Of a stretch of DNA of 64,000 nucleotides, positions 51,552 through 62,849 are shown piece by piece. A program made the translations under genes and the position numbers. The notes beneath the pieces are model-generated. The model saw only the letters and a list, made by a program, of their open reading frames with translations, made no database searches and was not told the DNA's origin. Position 1 is the first letter of the stretch. Every line of letters starts with the position of its first letter. Source of the stretch: Octopus bimaculoides (Eukaryota); the NCBI RefSeq assembly GCF_001194135.2, contig NC_068990.1, positions 37,747,807 through 37,811,806 on the forward strand, in the 5' to 3' direction.

Positions 51552-52323
51552 TCAAACCAAATATGGTCGTTTTCCTTCTAGTGCTGACTTAAGCTGCTCG
51601 CAGCAGATCTCCTTTGGTGTCGTTTGATTTGGGTGTAAAAGTTCAAAGTGGACTACACCTTTCATATCCCACCAAGCAGACAACAACACCTTACATGGGT
51701 GAAGACCTTCTTTAGCCTGGGGTGCCAGTGTTTCTCCTCTCCCTACCCACTGTCTTCGGTGCTTGACATTTTTATAGAGAACCAATTTCTCATCACCAGT
51801 CATTATTCACTAAAAAAAAAAAAAAAAAAGGAATTCCTGAGACATAGCAGCAAAGAAGAGCACACTTTCATTCTCTGCATGTGATCATACTTGAAAAGTT
51901 CATGAGGAACCCATTGACCCAATTTGCTGACATTTCTGATAGCACACAGGTGTCAATGAATGGTTGAATGATCAAATCCTAGCTTCTCTGCTAGTTCCTC
52001 AACAGCTATGATGAGATTTTGTTCCACCAGGGTTGCAGGACGTCCTCGTTGAGCTCTACAGATCTTCCAGGATGTGGCTTGTATTCTTGGCTGTAGTTTC
52101 AGTCTCTGAATTTCTGGAACCACTGTTGAAATTTGCTTACACTTATAGTCTGATTCCCATATACTGCATTAATATTCCTTACACTTTTCATTGCTTTTAT
52201 TGAACTCATAAAGCAAAATACACCAAATATGCTACTTTGTCATTTCCCTTATAGCTTTGAAAATCGTGCACTAAAAATAAGGACAAAATAAAATTAACAC
52301 CTATTTTTATAACAAGTTGATAC
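51552..52323 (-). mobile_element. Mariner transposase remnant (WVPHEL type, DD34D family), 3'-truncated
   Basis: ATG at 52243. Reads ILLYEFNK...QWFQKFR...LGQWVPHEL...TGDEKLVLY.NVKHRRQWV...KVLLSAWWDMKGVVHFELL with stops and frameshifts. A possible TIR lies at ~52295-52323. Confidence 0.9.
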
Positions 52324-52475
52324 AGGTAGTTTATCCCATCCCCCTCTGACTTTTACTTCATGTCATAGAAAAAATGCATTATTTATGGGATGACCGAATA
52401 TATATATGGATGTATATGTGTATCTATATATATATGTATATCTATCTATCTATATATGTATGTATTATGTATGAA

Positions 52476-52512
<37 letters not shown>

Positions 52513-52644
52513 GTATGCAAATATGTTCTATTACTTTTTTCAGGAATTTGACTGCAGCCATGCTGAACCACCAATATATATGTATGTCTGTATGTGTGTA
52601 TCTATGTATGTATATATGTAGTCTCTTCTATTTTGTAATTATTA

Positions 52645-53190
52645 TAAATCTTCCACTGAGGAGGGATTCAGTTTCCTACAAAGATACAAGACTCCATCTT
52701 TGGGATTTGGTTAACAGAGACAAATTCACATTTGGAACTTGAGAATAGTCTTGAATATGTTTACTGTTCCACTCATAGATTGCACTTGTAATGTACGAAT
52801 CAGCCAGTCAATTTCTCTTTCTGAAAATCCCAGGTTATCCTTTAAGCATTTACTAACAAAACCTAGTGCTCGAATTATTATTGGTATGAACATGAAATCA
52901 TAGTCTGGATATAGAAGCTGGAGGTTTCGAAGCAGTTGTCCAAAGATATCCTCTTTTTCTTTGATTTTCAAAGAGATATTTATATCTGCAGGGCAGCTAA
53001 CCACCATGATGGTACATAGCTCTACCCCTCTTTTGTCAGGCCAGAAATTGTACTTAACAAGATCTCACACGCTTTATATGCATCTAGTTGGTTATGCAAA
53101 GGGCTTCAAACTTCATTTCATCGAGTTTTTAGATAGATTTATCTTTAGAGGATTAGGGGCTTCTCTTCACATTTCGCTTGCTTCTTGGTG
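52645..53190 (-). mobile_element. 3' end of a second R2-superfamily LINE family (restriction-like endonuclease C-terminus)
   Basis: VSCPADINISLKIKEKEDIFGQLLRNLQLLYP...FIPIIIRALGFV parallels the IACP.D...K...Y..L...VPITVGALG pattern at 18100-18660. Short TAA-like tail. Confidence 0.7.
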
Positions 53191-53214
53191 AGAAGGGTAA
53201 TTTTTCATTTTTCT

Positions 53215-53548
53215 AATGGCTCAGTGGTTAGACCATCGGCCTCACAATCATCAGGCAGTGAGTTTGATTCACAGACCAGGCTGTGTGTTGTGTTCTTGAG
53301 CAAGACACTTTATTTCACATCGTTCAAGTTCACTCAGCTATAGAAATGACTTGTGATGTCATTGGTGCCAAGCTGCATCAGCCTTTGCCTTTCCTTTGAA
53401 CAACATTGGTGGCATGGAGAGAGGAGGCTGGTATGCATGGGTGACTGCTGGTCTTCCACAAACAACCTTGCCCGGACTTGTGCCTTTGAAGGGGACTTTT
53501 AAGATGCAACCCCATGGACATTCATGGCTGAAGCAGGTCTTTACCTTA
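53215..53548 (+). mobile_element. tRNA-derived SINE type C, full length
   Basis: A-box-like TGGCTCAGTGG, B-box-like GAGTTTGATTC, and a TTCTTGAGCAAGACACTTTA core. Confidence 0.8.
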
Positions 53549-54317
53549 TATTACTTCTATAGGAATAATATAGAAAAATAAATTACTTCTATATTACTTT
53601 TTTTCTCCCAAAGATTGGCACTTTATTCAAGAACACTACAAAAAAATAAAAGGTAAATTTGAGCATGGCAGGATTTGAACTCATAGCTCAGAGATACTAC
53701 TGTAAGGCATTGTGTCTGAAACATCAACAACTTTGCTGATTCCCTACCTACTACAATGTACAAGTTGAACAGTGACAACAACAACAACAACAACAGCTAC
53801 GATGACATCAACCAGAACAACAACAATAACTAGAACAACAGCAGCAAAAATAGCAGCAAGCACCACAATAACAATAACAACAACGACAGCGGCAATGTTA
53901 TAAGAATAGATACACCATCATCATAGTCTGGCAGTGATACCAAGTCTAAGACCAACCTATTTCTTTTCAAAATTTTAACTGTCCAATAGCAGTGGTTCAT
54001 TCTGAAGAAATAGGAGGGCAGAAGATTTTTATTTTTAAGCAACAGAATCAAAATTAACCAATCAGTAGAGTTGGCAGTAATGTGAAAGCAGAGGGATGGC
54101 TTCATAAGAATTTTTAATTCTGATTTCTCCAAACTTTTAGCAGAGAAAAAAAAAATCAGGAAAGATAAAAAAAAAAAAAAACAGATCAATAGCCATAAAT
54201 AAGCCAAAAAATATTTGTATTCATGGACAAGGTTCTTATTCAATGTTCGCACACATATTCACACACATGCACAGAGACACACAGATTTGATTTATATGTG
54301 TATGAACATATACTAGT

Positions 54318-54357
<40 letters not shown>

Positions 54358-54411
54358 TTGTGTGTGTATGAATGTATAAATGCTATATATATGAATGTAT
54401 GAATGTATAAA

Positions 54412-54481
<70 letters not shown>

Positions 54482-55388
54482 TAATGTATATGAGTACATA
54501 TACATAAACATCACAGGCACATACACATATATAAATACATGCATATAGATGTAAACATTCATATGATATATATACATATATATATGCACATACAAAAATG
54601 TTCATGTGTGTGTGTGTGTTTATATATATACACTCACACACATATATATGCATATATGGATGTATATATATATATATTGTATATATATGTAGATATACAC
54701 ATATGTATGCAGTATTTCATATGCTTATATTGATATATCCCTACATAAATAAAACCATAATATTCCTTTCTTTCTTTTTTTTCTTTTTTTTTGCTTTCCT
54801 TTTCATTCAACTCAAATTTTCCCTTTTTCTCTCAAAAAATCTCTTTGCATCACACAAGATGCAATAAATGTAATTAAGAAAAATGTTTTACAAACGATAA
54901 CATGTTATTTCTGTAAGCTAATTATTTTCACCCGATTGTTGAACGAAAGGAAATTTCTTTTATGATGATTCCGCTTTTCTTAAATTTGGGAAGTATTTTC
55001 ATTTGATCCAATTTCGTTGTTGGAAATGATTGCTTCTTTATTTGTTTGTTCATTGTATTTTTTTTTTTTTTTTTTTACTAATTTGTTGTTTTATTTGGTA
55101 TTGTTGTGTTGTTATTAGTTTGTAGTTTTCCATTTTATTTTCTTCATATCTACTTCTGATGATTTATTTATATTAACACAATCATTTCAATAAATGCACA
55201 TGCACATATGTGCATACCCATGTGCACAATACAGGCATATAGACACATCTCTTTCTCTCTCACTTCCCATCATTTCCTTTTTTATGTGTACATCCATCCA
55301 TCCATACATACATACATACATACATATATATATATATATAAATATATACATACTTACATACATACATACACATATATTACATATACAC

Positions 55389-55449
<61 letters not shown>

Positions 55450-56820
55450 TACATGTATACATACACACACATATATATATTTATACATATATATACTGAA
55501 GCTTTGTCAACATCATCATCCATCTTCATTAGCCTCATCTTTTCTCTTTACTTTCCTCCACTAGCATGATACTTTTACAAGGCTGTGTTTTACCACCTGA
55601 TGCCCCTCTTCGCACAAACCATTTTAGCCACGTCTTTCAATATGATTCAATGATATTTAATGAATACAAGACTGCATTGTACTCCTATCTCTTCCATAGT
55701 AAGGATTCTGTGATTTAGTGTCCTTCCTAACACCAACCATTCCAGAGTATGTTGGCTGCTTTTTATCATTGCACCAGCACTAGTGAGGTTACCATCTATC
55801 TTGCTCGATTAAAGAGTCATCTTCACAGAATGGGGATGAATTGGGGAAGGTAGTGACTTATGTTAGATGTTGTGAGGTCAAAGTATGATATTAGAGACAG
55901 AAACAAGTTTCTTGCTTGGAGGAGTTACATAGTTACATCATATTATATAAGGGTGGGTATAATTAAAGCTGAACCAGAAAAGTAGACACGATAGCAATGA
56001 GTTCTCAGGATGTGCCCTCAAGGTACAAAAGATAAACAGAATACAGTGTGGGGACAAACAATCAGCAAGTGTGGTTGGGTGGAGATTTGCAAGGGTGTGG
56101 GAGAAGAGTGAAAGGGGTTAAAAAGGGAGTTAGGAATGATTGTAATAACTAGGGATCAAGGATAGAGAGGTAAATATAAAGTTGGAAGGAAAGGTGATAA
56201 GAATAAGGGATTGATGTCAATGAAAATGACTCAGGGAAGAGGAAGTTATTACTGGCAGTATAGAAAGGCTGAAGACCAGTAGATTAATAATAATGATAGA
56301 CTGATGAAGGTTGGGAGATAGGGAGATAGCAGGTGGAGGTATCTTCAGTTAGTTATCAGGACAATGATGATGATGATCAACACCATCATCATCATCATAA
56401 TTTTCCTCCTCTTCTTCCTCCCCTTTCTTCTCATCATCATTGTCACCACTACCGCCAGCATCATCATTATTATGTTTTATGTTCGCTTTTTCGCCCCACT
56501 GGTTTGGACTGAAGAAGGCTTCTTTCAAGCATTATTCAACAGCTGGTTGCTGTAAAGGTGCTTTATTTTTCCAGCTCTAAACACATCAAACTACACCAGA
56601 CTTCTGGACATATAGTATATGGGCAACGTAAACAAACACTGCCATTGCCCAAATGACCTCAACACTAAAACACACACAAACAAACAACCACACACATATA
56701 CACACACAGCCATACACCTATACAAATACAGACACACGCTCATACATACACACATGTAAATCTTCTTGATGCTGGTAATAGGAACTTTTACTCCATGTTG
56801 CAGTAATGTTGATACATCAT

Positions 56821-57198
56821 CGTTGTTGTTGGCACTCCGTCGAGGGTTCTAGTTGATCCGATCAACGGAACAGCCTGCTCATGAAATCAACGTGCAAGTG
56901 GCTGAGCACTCCACAGACACATGTACCCTTAACATAGTTCTCGTGGATATTCAGCGTGACACAGTGTGACATGGCTGACCCTTTGAAATTACAGGCACAA
57001 CAGAAACAGGAAGTAAGAGTGAGAGAAAGTTGTGGTGAAAGAGTACAGCAGGGTTCGCCACCATCCCCTGCCGGACCCTCGTGGAGCTTTTAGGTGTTTT
57101 CGCTCAATAAACACACACAACACCCAGTCTGGGAATCGAAACCATGATCCTATGACCGCGAGTCCGCTGCCCTAACCACTGGGCCATTGCGCCTCCAC
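56821..57198 (-). mobile_element. tRNA-derived SINE type D, full length
   Basis: Minus strand has A box TGGCCCAGTGG, B box GGTTTCGATTCC and a (CAA)n tail. Homologous copies at 12801, 14001 and 40320. Confidence 0.85.
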
Positions 57199-57677
57199 GA
57201 TACATCATCATTTCAGCTTTATTCTTGCTATGGTTATTGTTATTGTTGCAGTTGATATTATTGTTGTTGCTAGAGTTTCCACTGTTATATTTTTGGCAAA
57301 AATCATACTTTGTTGCGACAAGTTTGTTAAATTTCAATAATTCCTTTATATATGTATTTATTCATTTTAATTATTCAACATAATGATTATAATGTGTGTG
57401 TGTGTGTGTGAGAGTAATTATTTTATTTATTTCTATTATTTTCTTACGTATTTTATTTAGTCATTTTATTTCTATTATTATTTAATTTAATTTAATAATC
57501 ATGTTTATTTTGTGTAATTATTCGTTAATCTGTTTTTCTTTTTGTTAATTCAGAGGGCAATGGGTCAAGCATGGAAGAGTGGACGTTAGAATGATGATGA
57601 TGATGATGGGGGTGCATACATGACAAGGTGGTTAAGAAGTTCACATCACAGTCAAGTGATTCATCATCATCATCACC

Positions 57678-57708
<31 letters not shown>

Positions 57709-57929
57709 GCACCATCACCAACACAACCACCAACACTTTCATCATCATGACCATTATAATTTTTATATCTACTTTCCATGCCAACATGGAATGGTCAAGT
57801 TGTCATTGTCCGAGTCATCAATTCATATTTGGTACTTACTACCGCGACAGATAAGTTGACTGGCTACAGAACGTTCATATATTTCATCTTTGGTTTTGTT
57901 TCTCTTATTAGATGCTCTCCATGTCACCA

Positions 57930-58160
57930 GTCATTTCGATTAGATAAGTACCAGTTATGCACTGGGGTCCATATAATCGACTTTATCCGTTTGTCTGTCC
58001 TTGTTTGTCCCCTCTGTGTGTAGCCCCTTGTGGGCAGTAAAGAAATAAGAATAAGTGCTAGGCTTACAAAGAATTAGTCCTGAGATCGACTTGTTCGACT
58101 AAAAGCGCTGCTCCAGCATGGCCAGTCAAATAACTGAAACAATTAAAAGAATTAAAAGGA
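57930..58160 (+). mobile_element. Type B SINE tail fused to a type A SINE tail
   Basis: aagtaccagttatgcactgggg...gccccttgtgggcagtaaagaaataag runs into aataagtgctaggcttacaaagaa...ctccagcatggccagtcaaataactgaaac. Confidence 0.7.
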
Positions 58161-58539
58161 TATAGTACACAGAAACATGTACTAGGTTTGATATATCCTT
58201 CTAATGAGCCTTAAAAGTTATGCCCCAGCATGGCGATAATTCAATGAATGAAACTAGTAAAAAGACAGAATAAAAATAAATTTGTTTTATTTTACATATT
58301 TATGTTTTATTTTATTTATAAATGCTTTTATTGCAATTTATTTTAATTCATTATCTTGTTACATATTTATTTATTTTAAATTGTTTATTTAATTTTTATT
58401 TATTTATTTACAATTATTTATTCAATTTTTGAAGATTATTTTGTCATGTTTTAAATTTGCAGGAAATTAACAATCAAATATATTATTTTCGTTCCCAAGC
58501 TAATACGACACTCCCTTTAATTAGTTCCACCACACAATG

Positions 58540-59240
58540 AACACACACTACATATACCACCACACCACTTCAATGAACACCCCCTTCCAGCACTGCTACT
58601 ACATCACCACTACCACCACCACCACTGTCATGAACATCCTCCTCTTCATTATCATCATTATTGTTGTAGTTATCATGGTCATCATCGCCACCACCACTAC
58701 CGCACCACTATCATCATCATTGTCATCATCATTTTCTTCATCACTATCGTTATCATTGTCATCATCATTATCATCATCATCATTACCTGTATCATCACTG
58801 TCATTGCTATAGTCATCATCATCACCATCGTAGGCATCATTATCATCATCATCATTGTCGTCGCTGTCATCGTCGTCATCATCATCGTCCATATCATCAT
58901 CATCATGATTGTCAGCCTCATTATCATCATCATCATCACCATCATTGTTGTCGTCGTCGTCGTCATCATCATCATCACCATCGTCCATATCATTATCATC
59001 GTCGTCATAGTCATCATCGTTGTTGTTGTTGTCCTCATCATCATCATCATCCACATCATCATCGTCATTGTTGTCATCATCATCACCATCGTAGGCATCA
59101 TTATCATCATCATCATTGTCGTTGCTGTCATCGTCGTCATCATCACCATATCATTATCATCATCATCGTCGTCATAGTCATCATTATCATCATCATCGTC
59201 GTCATAGTCATCGTCATCATCATCATTATTGTTGTTGCCA
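58540..59240. repeat. Degenerate (CAT/CGT)n field with an internal duplication
   Basis: Direct reading; the ~70-nt block starting tcatcatcaccatcgtaggcatc occurs at ~58815 and ~59078. Confidence 0.9.
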
Positions 59241-60279
59241 TGACCCCTTTTAAACCACATCCATCCCGCTCCCATTAAAAACATCTTGAAAATAAAACCT
59301 TGACTATTTTTTTGGTAATCATTATTCACAACAAATTTACGATTGAAGTTCCTCTTGTAGTGTTTTCCTTTGCTGTTGGTGATTATGTTGTTGTTACTGC
59401 TACAATTACAGTTGTCATTGGTGATGATTATGCTGGTGTTTTTGTGAAATTTCCTTCTAATTGTCAATATTCTTGTTGTTGCTGAAGTTGATACTGACCT
59501 TGTTTTCACTGTTGTTGTTGTTGTTATTATTTCTGCTGAGGTTGTTTGTTGTTGATGTTGTTGCTGTCGTTATTACTGCAGTTGTTATTGTGTTAAATCA
59601 CCAAATAAACCCCGAACATATCAAAAAACGTCAAATACTTTACTAATAATTGCTATTGCTGTTGTTGTTGTTGTTGTGATTTTGATTCTTGTGAGTAATA
59701 TAGTGCATTAGTGTATTTCTTTGTTGTTGTTTTTTTATTGTTTCTAAAATTCTTATTGTTGTTGAAGAAGCCATCAACTCCATCTCTGATAACACAACAA
59801 CAACGATAGTAACAGTGGTTTGTGGTGGTGGTTTGGTGATGGTGGTGGTGGTGGCATTATGATGATACTGATGACGACAATGATGATGATGATGGGGTAT
59901 CATATTTCTTTTACTTTGCACTCTTTGGAACTCTCTTATGTTTGATAATCTTACTTCCTTAAAGTTATATAATCCATTGATGACCACCTTCTTCGTTTGT
60001 ACAACTTTCAATATCAGCTCATCCCAATACACGATGTACAGTTTCAATCACAGACGGATCAGGTGTAACTCTTCATATTCTTTTGTGTTTTCAGCCCAGG
60101 CCATGCTGGAGCACCGCCAGTGTAATCGCCTTTTCACTGGCCAATTGGCTTTTGGTAAAGGAGACAGTTTGGCTGACACTGGTGCCCTCTTCTGAGCTGC
60201 CTGTTTTGATGTTGGTTTATCTGGGACCTTGGATATATGCCTCTTTTTTTCGCTTCTCATAGTAGTGTTGAGTATGTTT

Positions 60280-60509
60280 TTTATTTCTTTATTGCCCACA
60301 AGGGGCTAAACATAGAGGGGACAAACAAGGACAGGCAAAGAGATTAAGTCGATTACATCGACCCCAGTGCATAACTGGTACTTAATTTATCGACCCTGAA
60401 AGGATGAAAGGCAAAGTCGACCTCGGCGGAATTTGAACTCAGAACGTAAAAGCAGACGAAATACCACTAAGCATTTCGCCAGTCGTGCTAACATCTCTGC
60501 CAGCTCGCC
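60280..60509 (-). mobile_element. SINE type B, full length, with a 16-bp target-site duplication
   Basis: tRNA-like head GGCGAGCTGGCAGAG...GAGTTCAAATTCC and core GCCTTTCATCCTTTCAGGGTCGATAAATTAAGTACCAG. TSD agtgttgagtatgttt (60264-60279) / agtgttgaatatgttt (60510-60525). Confidence 0.9.
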
Positions 60510-60829
60510 AGTGTTGAATATGTTTCTCTCTCATGTGTTTTATCACACTCCAACATTGACAGTGCTACAGTATATGGTTGCATCGGAGCTTTAAGTTCAA
60601 CATTCAAAAGATATGATGTTACTTCTCTTCTCAACAGTCTTCAGCTTGTCTTTGAAACATTTCCATCAGGAACAAACAATGATGTAGCTTGTGCACCTGA
60701 GCACTATATTAGTGCACTTGAGCCTTCTATACAACAATTCCTTTCATATTTAAATCCACAAACAGTACACCTGATGGCCTTTAGTTCTTTTGTTTTGCCT
60801 AGTTGTCGTACACTTGAGCCCTGTATATC

Positions 60830-61039
60830 CCTCTTTACTTGTTTCAGTCATTTGACTGCAGCCATACTGGAGCACCAGCCTTTTAATTGAGCAAATCGAC
60901 CCCAGAACTTATTCTTTGGAAACTTAGTACTTATTCTATTGGTCTCTTTTTGCCGAACCGCTAAGTTGCAGGGATGTAAAGATACCACCATCGGTTGTCA
61001 AGCAATGCTGGGGAGACAAACACAGACATACAAACATAT

Positions 61040-61071
<32 letters not shown>

Positions 61072-61220
61072 GACAGGCTTCTTTCACTTTCCGTCTACCA
61101 AATCCACTCACAAGGCTTTGGTTGGCCCAAGGCTATAGTAGAAGACACTTGCCCAAGGTGCCACACAGTGGGAATGAACCCGGAACCATGTGGTTGGTAA
61201 GCAAGCTACTTACCATACAG
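60830..61220 (-). mobile_element. SINE type A, full length
   Basis: Reverse complement of 16116-16546 along its whole length. Confidence 0.85.
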
Positions 61221-61234
61221 GTAGAATCATAAAC

Positions 61235-61415
61235 ACGCTGAGCAAGATGCTTAGTGGCATTTCATCTGTCTTTAAGTTCTGAGTTTAAACTTCAACAAGA
61301 GTTAACTTTTCCTTTTAACCTTTTGAGGTGGATAAAACGAGTACCAGTTGAGCACTGGGGTCAATATAATCAACTTAGCCTCTTCCCCGAACTTGCTGGT
61401 ATTGTGCCAAAATTT
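61235..61415 (+). mobile_element. SINE type B, degenerate
   Basis: gatgcttagtggcatttcatctgtctttaagttctgagttt...gagtaccagttgagcactggggtcaatataatc. Confidence 0.7.
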
Positions 61416-61431
61416 GTAATCATATTTTTGG

Positions 61432-61514
61432 TGGGAGAGGTGAGATCTGGCTAGCTTGAGCATAAAGCAGATAGAATTTTGGGGTCAAATATAGCCAATT
61501 TAAATGCTAAAGGG
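61432..61514. mobile_element. Possible terminus of a piggyBac-like MITE
   Basis: Ends ...taaatgctaaaGGG|TTAA, which fits piggyBac CCC...GGG termini with a TTAA target. No partner end found. Confidence 0.35.
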
Positions 61515-62244
61515 TTAATATGGCAGCTGTAAAAGGAGGTTCTTTTCCATGTCCTCCACATTCTCATCTTCCTTCATTAAGGTGGTCTAGTTTAAATGAA
61601 ACAAAAAGAAAAGCAGGATTAAATATAATTTTGGTTTTGCAGTAGTCCTTATGCCCCAAATACTAAAAGAATTAGAATATTAGGGAAACATTACAGCTGG
61701 ATTACAAGTATTTAAATTGTGATTAGAACAGCGAACGTTATTTTGTTTTCCTTAAAACCTCAAGGATGAAAATGGGAACGAATGTATTATAGCTTAGAAC
61801 AATGCCATCTTGAAGCTGGATAATGTGTCTAAGTAAAGATAATTGGATTATGCTTCTGTGTGTACATGTGTTTGTGTGTGTGTGAGTGAGTGAGTGAGTG
61901 AGTGTTTGTGCATGCTTATATAATAATTTATGTTTTCATTGGATTCTTCTGCCATTTTCAAGTTTCACAAATCTTCAATCTAATGGGTCTACAATGGTTA
62001 ATAATCATCGTAGATTACTGCACAACAGGGTAAACAAACAGTGCAACTCGAAGTAACAGAAGAAAGCATCAGTTGAATAAATATGAATGCACTCTACACC
62101 ATGTATTCATATATCGTTATATAATTATACAAAATTAATTTTATTTCCTTTCCATTGAGTTCTCAACTTATAACTTCGCATGAAAGAAATATTTTCATCA
62201 TAACTGCTTAATATTTATTCTTATGGTTAATATATATGTCAGTG

Positions 62245-62500
62245 GCATCATCATCATCAGCAGCATTGTTTTAACATTCATTTTTCCAAGTTTGCATGTG
62301 GTCAGTACAGTTCAGCGAAGCAGATATTCTACAGCTGGATGCTTCATCTGTCACCAAACTGTACCTGTTTTCACATAAGGCAGTATTTCCCCATTACCAG
62401 ACATGATTTTGTGGAAGATTGGAAATGAATGACACAGCTTGAAGGTGATATGCATTAAGAACTCTTGCATAATGTCAAAACAAGGACACAACCCACACAC
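62245..62500 (-). mobile_element. Degenerate SINE with an RTE-like tail
   Basis: ttaacattcatttttccaagtttgcatgtgg...cagatattctacagctggatgc is the reverse complement of the RTE-type tail, next to (CAT)n. Confidence 0.55.
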
Positions 62501-62546
62501 ACACACATGAACATACATACACATACACACACAAACGAGTGAGTGG

Positions 62547-62820
62547 ACAAATAAAAGAAAGGGAACTCAACACATTTACCAGGAATTACATGCATTATTT
62601 AAAACAGTTTAATTTGGTTTCTGTGTTACTTCCAGTTTTACAGGCTCCTAATAGAGTACAGTTCATTCTTAGGTTTCTGGAATAACCAGTTATTCCAGAA
62701 GCCTGAATGAGTCAGGTTTGGCTAAGGGGCCTGGAAAACTTGAAGTAGCACAGAACCAAATCAAACTGTTTTAAATGATACATGTAACTCCTACATGTTG
62801 AGCTCCCTTTTTCACTTGTA
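62547..62820. mobile_element. ~275-bp hairpin (palindromic) MITE
   Basis: Centre ttctggaataac-CA-gttattccagaa. The arms pair over about 130 nt (e.g. atttaaaacagttt / aaactgttttaaat; aaagggaactcaaca / tgttgagctcccttt). Confidence 0.8.
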
Positions 62821-62849
62821 TGTATGTATATATATATATATATATATAT

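Noticed and set aside
6680-55564. Many long ORFs of YI/CV/HT/LS dipeptides, or containing runs of X
   Set aside because: They are translations of TA, TG, CA and GA microsatellites and N-gaps.
57130-57198. tRNA-like sequences with A and B boxes (also at 53215, 60440 and elsewhere)
   Set aside because: They are SINE heads continuing into repeat bodies, and no complete cloverleaf is apparent.
58599-59054. 151-aa Asp-rich ORF resembling acidic biomineral proteins
   Set aside because: It is a translation of a degenerate (GAT)n field with no signal peptide or splice support, and the other frames give poly-M and poly-I ORFs.
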